Made by a program: the position numbers and the translations under genes
In this document: piece after piece, positions 11,685-23,600 of the stretch
How positions within the stretch are numbered: position 1 is the first letter of the stretch
Layout: every line of letters starts with the position of its first letter
Assembly: GCA_950097015.1 (NCBI GenBank)
Contig: CATNEN010000005.1
Coordinates: 2,356,001 to 2,420,000, forward strand
DNA: 64,000 nt
Reading direction: 5' to 3'
Source of the DNA: Macrostomum hystrix
Lineage: Eukaryota > Animalia > Platyhelminthes
The notes under the pieces: generated by a model
Databases searched by the model: none
What the model was told of the DNA's origin: nothing
The model's input: only the letters and a program-made list of their open reading frames with translations

Positions 11685-14600
11685 GTAAGTTTAATGTCTT
11701 TGATTGTTGTGTTTGACATCAACATCTCACCATGAATCACAGATTTCCAATTAATCCCCAGTTTGTTATTGTCCTAGATCCTCAGTTTGTCAGTCTCCCA
11801 GATCCTCAGTTTGTCATTCTCCCAGATCCTCAGTTTGTCATTCTCCCAGATCCTCAGTTTCTCATTCTCCCAGATTCTCAGTTTCTCATTCTCCCAGATT
11901 CTCAGTTTGTCATTCTCCCAGATCCTGAGATTCTCATTCTCCCAGATCCTCAGTTTGTCATTCTCCCAGATCCTCAGATTCTCATTCTCCCAGATCCTCA
12001 GTTTCTCATTCTCCCAGATCCTCAGTTTGTCATTCTCCCAGATTCTCAGTTTCTCATTCTCCCAGATCCTCAGTTTGTCATTCTCCCAGATCCTCAGTTT
12101 CTCATTCTCCCAGATCCTCAGTTTGTCATTCTCCCAGATCCTCAGTTTGTCATTCTCCCAGATCCTCAGTTTCTCATTCTCCCAGATTCTCAGTTTCTCA
12201 TTCTCCCAGATTCTCAGTTTCTCATTCTTTCAGATCCTCAGTTTCTCATTCTCCCAGATCCTCAGTTTCTCATTCTCCCAGATTCTCAGTTTCTCATTCT
12301 CCCAGATTCTCAGTTTCTCATTCTCCCAGATTCTCAGTTTGTCATTCTCCCAGATCCTGAGATTCTCATTCTCCCAGATCCTCAGTTTCTCATTCTCCCA
12401 GATCCTCAGATTCTCATTCTCCCAGATCCTCAGTTTCTCATTCTCCCAGATCCTCAGTTTGTCATTCTCCCAGATTCTCAGTTTCTCATTCTCCCAGATC
12501 CTCAGTTTGTCATTCTCCCAGATCCTCAGTTTCTCATTCTCCCAGATCCTCAGTTTCTCATTCTCCCAGATCCTCAGTTTCTCATTCTCCCAGATCCTCA
12601 GTTTCTCATTCTCCCAGATTCTCAGTTTCTCATTCTCCCAGATTCTCAGTTTCTCATTCTTTCAGATCCTCAGTTTCTCATTCTCCCAGATCCTCAGTTT
12701 CTCATTCTCCCAGATTCTCAGTTTCTCATTCTCCCAGATCCTCAGTTTCTCATTATCCCAGATCCTCAGTTTGTCATTCTCCCAGATCCTCAGATTCTCA
12801 TTCTCCCAGATCCTCAGTTTGTCATTCTCCCAGATCCTCAGTTTGTCATTCTCCCAGATCCTCAGTTTGTCATTCTCCCAGATCCTCAGTTTGTCATTCT
12901 CCCAGATCCTCAGTTTGTCATTCTCCCAGATCCTCAGTTTCTCATTCTCCCAGATCCTCAGTTTCTCATTCTCCCAGATTCTCAGTTTCTCATTCTCCCA
13001 GAATCTCAGTTTCTCATTCTCCCAGATTCTCAGTTTCTCATTCTTTCAGATCCTCAGTTTCTCATTCTTTCAGATCCTCAGTTTCTCATTCTCCCAGATT
13101 CTTAGTTTCTCATTCTCCCAGATCCTCAGTTTGTCATTATCCCAGATCCTCAGATTCTCATTCTCCCAGATCCTCAGTTTGTCATTCTCCCAGATCCTCA
13201 GATTCTCATTCTCCTAGATCCTCAGTTTCTCATTCTCCCAGATCCTCAGTTTGTCATTCTCCCAGATTCTCAGTTTCTCATTCTCCCAGATCCTCAGTTT
13301 GTCATTCTCCCAGATCCTCAGTTTCTCATTCTCCCAGATCCTCAGTTTCTCATTCTCCCAGATCCTCAGTTTCTCATTCTCCCAGATCCTCAGTTTCTCA
13401 TTCTCCCAGATTCTCAGTTTCTCATTCTCCCAGATTCTCAGTTTCTCATTCTTTCAGATCCTCAGTTTCTCATTCTCCCAGATCCTCAGTTTCTCATTCT
13501 CCCAGATTCTCAGTTTCTCATTCTCCCAGATCCTCAGTTTCTCATTCTCCCAGATCCTCAGTTTGTCATTCTCCCAGATCCTCAGATTCTCATTCTCCCA
13601 GATCCTCAGTTTGTCATTCTCCCAGATCCTCAGTTTCTCATTCTCCCAGATCCTCAGTTTGTCATTCTCCCAGATCCTCAGTTTCTCATTCTCCCAGATC
13701 CTCAGTTTGTCATTCTCCCAGATCCTCAGTTTCTCATTCTCCCAGATCCTCAGTTTCTCATTCTCCCAGATTCTCAGTTTCTCATTCTCCCAGAATCTCA
13801 GTTTCTCATTCTCCCAGATTCTCAGTTTCTCATTCTTTCAGATCCTCAGTTTCTCATTCTTTCAGATCCTCAGTTTCTCATTCTCCCAGATTCTTAGTTT
13901 CTCATTCTCCCAGATCCTCAGTTTGTCATTATCCCAGATCCTCAGATTCTCATTCTCCCAGATCCTCAGTTTGTCATTCTCCCAGATCCTCAGATTCTCA
14001 TTCTCCTAGATCCTCAGTTTCTCATTCTCCCAGATCCTCAGTTTGTCATTCTCCCAGATTCTCAGTTTCTCATTCTCCCAGATCCTCAGTTTGTCATTCT
14101 CCCAGATCCTCAGTTTCTCATTCTCCCAGATCCTCAGTTTCTCATTCTCCCAGATTCTGAGTTTGTCATTCTCCCAGATCCTCAGTTTGTCATTCTCCCA
14201 GATTCTCAGTTTCTCATTCTCCCAGAATCTCAGTTTGTCATTCTCCCAGATCCTCAGTTTGTCATTCTCCCAGATCCTCAGTTTCTCATTCTCCCAGATC
14301 CTCAGTTTCTCATTCTCCCAGATTCTTAGTTTCTCATTCTCCCAGATCCTCAGTTTGTCATTATCCCAGATCCTCAGATTCTCATTCTCCCAGATCCTCA
14401 GTTTGTCATTCTCCCAGATCCTCAGTTTGTCATTCTCCCAGATCCTCAGTTTGTCATTCTCCCAGATCCTCAGTTTGTCATTCTCCCAGATCCTCAGTTT
14501 GTCATTCTCCCAGATCCTCAGTTTGTCATTCTCCCAGATCCTCAGTTTCTCATTCTCCCAGATCCTCAGTTTCTCATTCTCCCAGATCCTCAGTTTGTCA

Positions 14601-17600
14601 TTCTCCCAGATTCTCAGTTTGTCATTCTCCCAGATTCTCAGTTTCTCATTCTCCCAGATCCTCAGTTTCTCATTCTCCCAGATTCTCAGTTTGTCATTCT
14701 CCCAGATCCTCAGTTTGTCATTCTCCCAGATCCTCAGTTTCTCATTCTCCCAGATCCTCAGTTTGTCATTCTCCCAGATCCTCAGTTTGTCATTCTCCCA
14801 GATCCTCAGTTTGTCATTCTCCCAGATCCTCAGTTTGTCATTCTCCCAGATCCTCAGTTTGTCATTCTCCCAGATCCTCAGTTTGTCATTCTCCCAGATC
14901 CTTAGTTTCTCATTCTCCCAGATCCTCAGTTTCTCATTCTCCCAGATCCTCAGTTTGTCATTCTCCCAGATCCTCAGTTTCTCATTCTCCCAGATCCTCA
15001 GTTTCTCATTCTCCCAGATCCTCAGTTTGTCATTCTCCCAGATCCTCAGTTTGTCATTCTCCCAGATCCTCAGTTTGTCATTCTCCCAGATCCTCAGTTT
15101 GTCATTCTCCCAGATCCTCAGTTTGTCATTCTCCCAGATCCTCAGTTTGTCATTCTCCCAGATCCTCAGTTTGTCATTCTCCCAGATCCTCAGTTTGTCA
15201 TTCTCCCAGATCCTCAGTTTGTCATTCTCCCAGATCCTCAGTTTGTCATTCTCCCAGATCCTCAGTTTGTCATTCTCCCAGATCCTCAGTTTGTCATTCT
15301 CCCAGATCCTCAGTTTGTCATTCTCCCAGATCCTCAGTTTGTCATTCTCCCAGATCCTCAGTTTGTCATCTTATTAGATTCAGAGTTTAATTCTGCCATA
15401 TCTTCCTATATTCTGTGCGTTTGAAGTTTAAAGTTTACACGACCTCAGTGCTAGATTTAGAACTCTCTCGTTTAATAACGATCAAGCGAGATTTTCTGCA
15501 TTGATTGTGCATAAGCGAGCCATGCACAGCTAATAGAACTAGCCTTTCTTATCTTTCACTATCAAACGCACGAAGATAATATCTAGAGAAAGAAGCCACA
15601 CACCCACAAACACAGAGAAGTTCATCAGCGTCAAGAAGACGACGATGAACCAGAGGAAGGCGCCAGAACTCCCACTACATTGTCGTCGAATTCAGATCCG
15701 ACAACAAAGCCATCACTAACTACTGGCAGCGGCCTTAACCTAGAAGGTATTAGCTATTGCGATATGCTCTATCTAGGCTCCGTATCTGTACAGCGAGCCA
15801 GAGACGAAGAAGAGATACAGCGCTATTTGAGTCAGTGCGACACTGCTCAGGCTAAGCCGGCTAGTATATTTGTGCCCTATACTAGCCGCGGCTATGTTAG
15901 GATTGTCGACCAATCCGATAAGAGGCTGCTTTTAGAGCAGCACCCGGTCACAGCCATTGCCTACTGTTGCGTTGGCCGAGGTCCTAATGCATTGAATCGA
16001 TTCGCGTTCACTGTTAGCGAACTATCGCCGTCAGCTTTGATGGCTAATAAACTGACTGTGGAACAGGTGCAACAGCAGCAGCAGCAGCGGGTTGTCATGC
16101 TGTGCGCACCATCGGATGCCGCCGCCTTGTCAGTTGTCAATCAGATGGCACAAGCCTTTAGGTGAGTTCACTTGTAGTCTGAGAGAGGTCATTGACCCCC
16201 GCATCTGACAACAGGAAGAGTAGAGAGGTCATTGACCCCGAATCTGACAACAGGAAGAGTAGAGAGGTCATTGACCCCACATCTGACAACAGGAAAAGTT
16301 GAGAGGTCATTGACCCCGAATCTGACAACAGGAAAAGTTGAGAGGTCATTGACCCCACATCTGACAACAGGAAAAGTTGAGAGGTCATTGAACCCGCATC
16401 TGACAACAGGAAGAGTAGAGAGGTCATTGACCCCGCATCTGACAACAGGAAAAGTTGAGAGGTCATTGACCCCACATCTGACAACAGGAAGAGTAGAGAT
16501 GTCATTGACCCCACATCTGACAACAGGAAAAGTTGAGAGGTCATTGACCCCGAATCTGACAACAGGAAAAGTTGAGAGGTCATTGACCCCACATCTGACA
16601 ACAGGAAAAGTTGAGAGGTCATTGAACCCGCATCTGACAACAGGAAGAGTAGAGAGGTCATTGACCCCGCATCTGACAACAGGAAAAGTTGAGAGGTCAT
16701 TGACCCCACATCTGACAACAGGAAGAGTAGAGATGTCATTGACCCCACATCTGACAACAGGAAAAGTTGAGAGGTCATTGAACCCGCATCTGACAACAGG
16801 AAGAGTAGAGAGGTCATTGACCCCACATCTGACAACAGGAAGAGTAGAGATGTCATTGACCCCACATCTGACAACAGGAAAAGTTGAGAGGTCATTGAAC
16901 CCGCATCTGACAACAGGAAGAGTAGAGAGGTCATTGACCCCGCATCTGACAACAGGAAAAGTTGAGAGGTCATTGAACCCGCATCTGACAACAGGAAAAG
17001 TTGAGAGGTCATTGAACCCGCATCTGACAACAGGAAGAGTAGAGAGGTCATTGACCCCGAATCTGACAACAGAAAAAGTTAAGAGGTCATTGACCCAGCC
17101 TACCGACCGGCTTAGAGATGTTATTGACCCCATCTGGACAGGAAGAAAATTTGTTTTGGCTAATTAACAATCTCCCACAATATCACCCGCAATGTTTTTT
17201 TTTCAAAACAGGTCGTTTGACTCTCCAGACCTAGCTAGCGCTGAAGGTGGACGCCACCAGCAGCAGCAGCAGCAGCAGCCCGCAGACTTGCGACCCTGTC
17301 TTGGCATTCGCCTGTTAGTTGACATTCAAGAGCAGGACGCCAAAGGCGCGTGGAATTCAGTGCCTCTGGATGACAAATACGACTTTAAAGTAAGCTGTTT
17401 GTGGCCAATAGGTCGGGAGTTCGTGGCTCAGAGCAAAGGGAAACTATTTTGTGCGCCTAGCCAGTTTAGTCGGTATAATAATAATAAGAATTATTATAAT
17501 AATAATTGATTTCACCTGCCCAATTGGGCCAGATGTGCAGCCGACAGCACAGTTGCTGTTATCGCGAGGCGCATCTGAACGCTGCGTACGGCTGTTCAGT

Positions 17601-20600
17601 CCATGGACTGGACGGGACGTCACACCCACCCTCAATTGCCCGAGCAATGCGGAGTTAAGTGTTTTGCTAAGGACAAATTGTTTAAGTGTAATCAAGAATC
17701 GAACCCCCGACCTTCAGGTCGTGAGTCCGACGCTCTAACTACTAGGCTACAACCCAATATGTTTATCTTTATAGTCATTCTAGTATTTGTTTTGCCTCAA
17801 ATAAAGAAGCTAAGATCTTTGTTCCTAATCAATTTGACAGGTCCGGCAGTCTCACTCGAAGCGTTTGCACCTAACTGTGCAACAAACTGCCGGTCGCAAG
17901 ATCAATATCAGCCGATGCTTCGGCTTACTACTTAGAGTAGGCAGTCAGCCCGATGCGGTCTGTCTGCCACTGTCTATGGGCCCGGATCCTGACGGCTATT
18001 CGATTTGCGCCACTTGGCCCAACGCCGAGACTCTGCTAGCCTCGGACCAGCTGGTTGCTTTGCGATTGTGCGTCGATCTAGTACTGGAGGCTATCTCTGA
18101 TCCGTTGAGGCTGAAGTGAGTCGGGCTGTTGTGCGCGATTGTTGATCATTAATAAGGGAAATTGTTGGTTTAGTGTATAGTTTTATCCCTAGAAATCCTT
18201 AATTAGAGGACTAGATTAATTAGTGTTAAGTTTTTTTCCAAAAATCCTCAACTAGAGGATTAGAGGGGCTATAATGTTTTCAGTTATATCTCTAGGAAAT
18301 CCTCAACTACAGGATTAGAGGGATTAGTGTTAAGTTTTATCCCTATAAACCCTCAACTAGAGAATGAGTGGATTTTGTATGTTCAGTTTTATCCCTAGGA
18401 AATCCTCAGCTACAAGATTAGAGGGATTATAGTGTGTGTGTTCAGTTTTATCCCTAGGAAATCCTCAGCTACAAGATTAGAGGGATTATAGTGCGTGTGT
18501 TCAGTTTTATCCCTAGGAAATCCTCAGCTACAAGATTAGAGGGATTATAGTGCGTGTGTTCAGTTTTATCCCTAGGAAATCCTCAGCTACAAGATTAGAG
18601 GGATTATAGTGCGTGTGTTCAGTTTTATCCCTAGGAAATCCTCAGCTACAAGATTAGAGGGATTATAGTGCGTGTGTTCAGTTTTATCCCTTGGAAATCC
18701 TCAGCTACAAGATTAGAGGGATTATAGTGCGTGTGTTCAGTTTTATCCCTTGGAAATCCTCAGCTACAAGATTAGAGGGATTATAGTGCGTGTGTTCAGT
18801 TTTATCCCTAGGAAATCCTCAGCTACAAGATTAGAGGGATTATAGTGCGTGTGTTCAGTTTTATCCCTAGGAAATCCTCAGCTACAAGATTAGAGGGATT
18901 ATAGTGCGTGTGTTCAGTTTTATCCCTTGGAAATCCTCAGCTACAAGATTAGAGGGATTATAGTGCGTGTGTTCAGTTTTATCCCTAGGAAATCCTCAGC
19001 TACAAGATTAGAGGGATTATAGTGTGTGTGTTCAGTTTTATCCCTAGGAAATCCTCAGCTACAAGATTAGAGGGATTATAGTGCGTGTGTTCAGTTTTAT
19101 CCCTAGGAAATCCTCAGCTACAAGATTAGAGGGATTATAGTGCGTGTGTTCAGTTTTATCCCTAGGAAATCCTCAGCTACAAGATTAGAGGGATTATAGT
19201 GCGTGTGTTCAGTTTTATCCCTAGGAAATCCTCAGCTACAAGATTAGAGGGATTATAGTGCGTGTGTTCAGTTTTATCCCTAGGAAATCCTTAACTAGAG
19301 AATGAGGGGATTTTTGTATGTTCAGTTTTATTCCTTGGAAATCCTCAACAACAAGATTAGAGGGATTATTGAGTGTTTAGTTTTATCCTCTGAAAATTCT
19401 CAACTAGAGGATTAGAGGAATTATGCATTTGTTTTATCTTCAGAAAATCATTAACAATACAGTTTTAGGGTCTGGGGGTTTATTGATCTTCCGAAAAGTC
19501 CACAACGAAAATATGAAAAGCATTAACACGACGGTTCCTATTCTCATATTGTTATCCCATTGTTATCCGCCTAGATACGAAGCTCTAATCCGTGTGTACC
19601 GGCCTGACGAACGATTCTGGCTGGCCTCACTAACCAGCAATCTGCAGCCGCGTCGCCTACCCGGTCGCAGCTATGTATTCCGGCATCAGAATAGCGCATT
19701 GGTGAATGAGAATAGCGCGTCGGATAGCGACTCAGACGATAACGATCCGTTGCCATCCGGTTCTGGCCAGGTTTCCAAGGAGATTACGGACGCCGAACTA
19801 ACTGACGAATGGGTGTCTGTCATCAATCGTTGGCAGCGGGAGCCGCAATTACAAGCACCGGCTAGTGTGCGAAGACTGGTTAGACGAGGCGTACCAGAAT
19901 CTCTGCGGCCAAAGGTTTGGAGTCTTTTGGGCCGTTCTCAACAGGCTAGCCCGGTGACGGCCGATTATAGCGATTTGAGCTGCAAAGATGCGCCGGATAT
20001 TGAAGCCGCCATTGCTAGGTTAGTTTGTTCTTTATTTAGATTGTTTCATGGTTTTTATGGTTGTTTTACTTTGAGATTTTGAGTGTAGTATTTTGAATGT
20101 TGGGATTTTGATTATGGGTGGATTTTTATTGGTTGAGATCTTTATTCTAGGTGGATTTTGATTGGTTAAGATCTTTATTCTATATGTATTTTGATTGGTT
20201 GAGATCTTTATTCTATATGGATTTTGATTGGCTCAGATCTTTATCCTAGATGGATTTGATTGGTGGAGATTTTGATTCTAGATGGATTTTGATTGGTTAA
20301 AATATTGATTCTAGATGGATTTTGATTGGTTAAAATATTGATTCTAGATGGATTTTGATTGGTTAAGATCTTTTTTCTAGATGCATTTTTATTGGTTGAG
20401 ATCTTTATTCTAGATGGATTTTAATTGGTTGAGATTTTGATTCTAGATGAATTCTGATTGGTTGAGTTTTCAATTATAGATGGATTTTGATTGGTTAAGA
20501 TTTCGTTTCTAGATGGATTTTGATTGGTTGAGATCTTTATTCTAGGTGAACCCTACTTACCTGATTAATAAAATTCGCAGAGACATCAGCAGAACCTATA

Positions 20601-23600
20601 CAGCTTGTCCAGACTTTGCCGAAGATGGCGCCAAACGAGAAGATCTGGCTAGATTAAGCAAAGCCTACGCGCTTTACGATCCTGCTGTGGGATATTGTCA
20701 GGTAATGGAAATCTATAATCTATTATTTGAAATTGACACTAGAACCGCAGCTAGCGAGGAGTTAAATTGTCTCTACTCTCCTTTGTTATCAAGGGTATGT
20801 CATTTCTCGGCGCCGCACTACTGCTCCAACTGCCAGAAGAGGAGGCATTCGAGCTCCTAGTACAGATCATGTACGACTACGGCGTTAGAAAAATGTTTAC
20901 AGCCGGTTTCGAAGGCCTACAATTGAAATTCTATCAGTTGGAAGCGCTGCTAAAGCAGCACTGTACCGAGGTGCACGCGCATTTTCGCAGGCTAGGCTGT
21001 GAGCCGCATATGTACGCTAGCCAGTGGTTTCTGACATTGTTCACTTCTAAATTTCCCCTGGCCGCTGTTAATCGAGTATTGGACGTATTCCTATCTGAGG
21101 GAGATTCCGCCCTACTCAAACTCGCCGTGGCATTGCTCACTAAAGCTAGGCCGGATCTGCTTGGAAAAGATTTTGAAAGCGTTATGAGATACTTTCGTGT
21201 CAGTCTGCCTAAGGCTTATAGGTGAGTGGCTGCCTGTATTGCTTTTTTAGGGAATAAGTTGGTATTATCGAAGGGGAGATGTAGTTAATTATGGAAGGGA
21301 AGAAGTAGCTAATTATGGAAGGGAAGAAGTTGCTAATTATGGATGGGGAGAAGTTGCTAATTATGGATAGGGAGAAGTTGCTAATTATGGATGGGGAGAA
21401 GTTGCTAATTATGGATCGGGAGAAGTTGCTAATTATGGATGGGGAGAAGTTGCTAATTATGGATGGGGAGAAGTAGCTAATTATGGAAGGGAAGAAGTTG
21501 CTAATTATGGAAGGGAAGAAGTAGCTAATTATGGAAGGGAAGAAGTTGCTAATTATGGATAGGGAGAAGTAGCTAATTATGGATGGGGAGAAGTTGCTAA
21601 TTATGGATGGGGAGAAGTTGCTAATTATGGATGGGGAGAAGTAGCTAATTATGGAAGGGGAGAAGTTGCTAATTATGGATGGGGAGAAGTTGCTAATTAT
21701 GGATGGGGAGAAGTAGCTAATTATGGAAGGGAAGAAGTTGCTAATTATGGATAGGGAGAAGTAGCTAATTATGGATGGGGAGAAGTTGCTAATTATGGAT
21801 GGGGAGAAGTTGCTAATTATGGATGGGGAGAAGTAGCTAATTATGGAAGGGGAGAAGTTGCTAATTATGGAAGGGGAGAAGTTGCTAATTATGGAAGGGG
21901 AGAAGTTGCTAATTATGGAAGGGGAGAAGTTGCTAATTATGGATGGGGAGAAGTTGCTAATTATGGAAGGGGAGAAGTAGCTAATTATGGATCGGGAGAA
22001 GTTGCTAATTATGGAAGGGGAGAAGTTGCTAATTATGGAAGGGGAGAAGTTGCTAATTATGGATGGGGAGAAGTTGCTAATTATGGAAGGGGAGAAGTTG
22101 CTAATTATGGAAGGGGAGAAGTAGCTAATTATGGATGGGGAGAAGTTGCTAATTATGGATGGGGAGAAGTTGCTAATTATGGATGGGGAGAAGTTGCTAA
22201 TTATGGATGGGGAGAAGTTGCTAATTATGGATGGGGAGAAGTTGCTAATTATGGATGGGGAGAAGTTGCTAATTATGGATGGGGAAATTATATTATTATG
22301 GAAAGGTTGATAAAGGAAAGAAGTAGTCAGACAAAGGAGAGAAGTAGGCAGACAAAGTAGAGAAGTAGGTAGGCAAAAGACAGAAGTAGGTAGGCAAAAG
22401 ACAGAGAAGTAGGTAGGCAAAAGACAGAGAAGTAGACAGAAGAAGTAGAGATAAGGAGTAGGCATCTAGTTGATAGGAGAATAAAGGAGTGGAAATTGGC
22501 TGTATTTGCCACAATCCTGTCCACGCACTCTTCGAATCTTTTCGCCAGATCCACCGAAGCAGTGGAAGACCTGGTCTCTCGCGCCCTCAGCCTGAAAGGC
22601 ATATCAGCTAAGCGGCTAGAGAAATTGTCTCGCGAATTCCTAGCCGAACAGGAGGCCGGTAGGGAGCGCAGCAGGGACTGGCGAGCCGATTGCATGCGAC
22701 TCCAGGAGGAGAACGATTGCTTAGCTAGGGAGCTGCTGCACGCACAGACCCAGAATCGGGTTCAACAGGATCTGGTGAGAGTTTAGTTGAATCTATTTAC
22801 CCTCTGTATAGATTTGCTGTTGTCTTTAGACAAGCTTGTTGCTTTAGAATAGATTTCCAAGGGAATGGGTGAGATTTCCTGCTAGATTGGCGAGATTTTG
22901 GGGAGATCTTTTAGTGAATAAATGAGAATTCCAGTTAGATGGATGAGATTTCCGGTTGGATGGGTGAGATTTCCAGTTGTATGGGTGAGATTTCCAGTTG
23001 TATGGATGAGATTTCCGGTTAGATGGGTGAGATTTCCAGTTGGATGGGTGAGATTTCCAGTTGTATTAGTGAGATTTCCAGTTGTATGGATGAGATTTCC
23101 GGTTAGATGGGTGAGATTTCCAGTTGTATGGATGAGATTTCCGGTTAGATGGGTGAGATTTCCAGTTGTATGGGTGAGATTTCCAGTTGGATGGATGAGA
23201 TTTCCAGTTAGATGGTGAGATTTCCAGTTGGATATGTGAGATTTCCAGTTGGATGGGTGAGATTTCCAGTTGGATGGATGAGATTTCCAGTTGGATGGGT
23301 GAGATTTCCAGTTGGATGGGTGAGATTTCCAGTTGGATGGGTGAGATTTCCAGTTGGATTGGGTGGCATTTCAGTAGATAGTAAAAGTAGTTGATGATTA
23401 AAAGCAATTTTTTGGAATTTAGCTTATCGATGTTGTCTATAACTGGTATTACTATTGTTACTTATATTATTAAAAAGTAGTAGTAATTAGTAAAGAATTA
23501 ACTTAACTACCTTGATGATTCTGTCGTATAATTATTTTCAATATTTAAATACTTTTTTATTATAGTAGGACAACTAACAGTATAAAATACGGCGAAAAAT

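Noticed and set aside
11732-15377. Long ORFs (ILPDPQF / SFSQILS repeats, 250-476 aa)
   Set aside because: They lie wholly in RABGAP1 intron 1, several frames are open at once, and stop variants interrupt them; translation of a satellite.
16158-17167. ~310-aa ORFs on both strands
   Set aside because: They come from the 39-bp satellite inside intron 2, whose splice sites are fixed by flanking homologous exons.
4101-17755. Functional tRNA genes at ~4101, ~4700 and ~17755
   Set aside because: A and B boxes are present but acceptor and anticodon stems do not pair properly, and the heads run into SINE-type bodies.
21209-22465. 418-aa minus-strand ORF (PSIISNFS)n
   Set aside because: Antisense reading of the intron-7 satellite.
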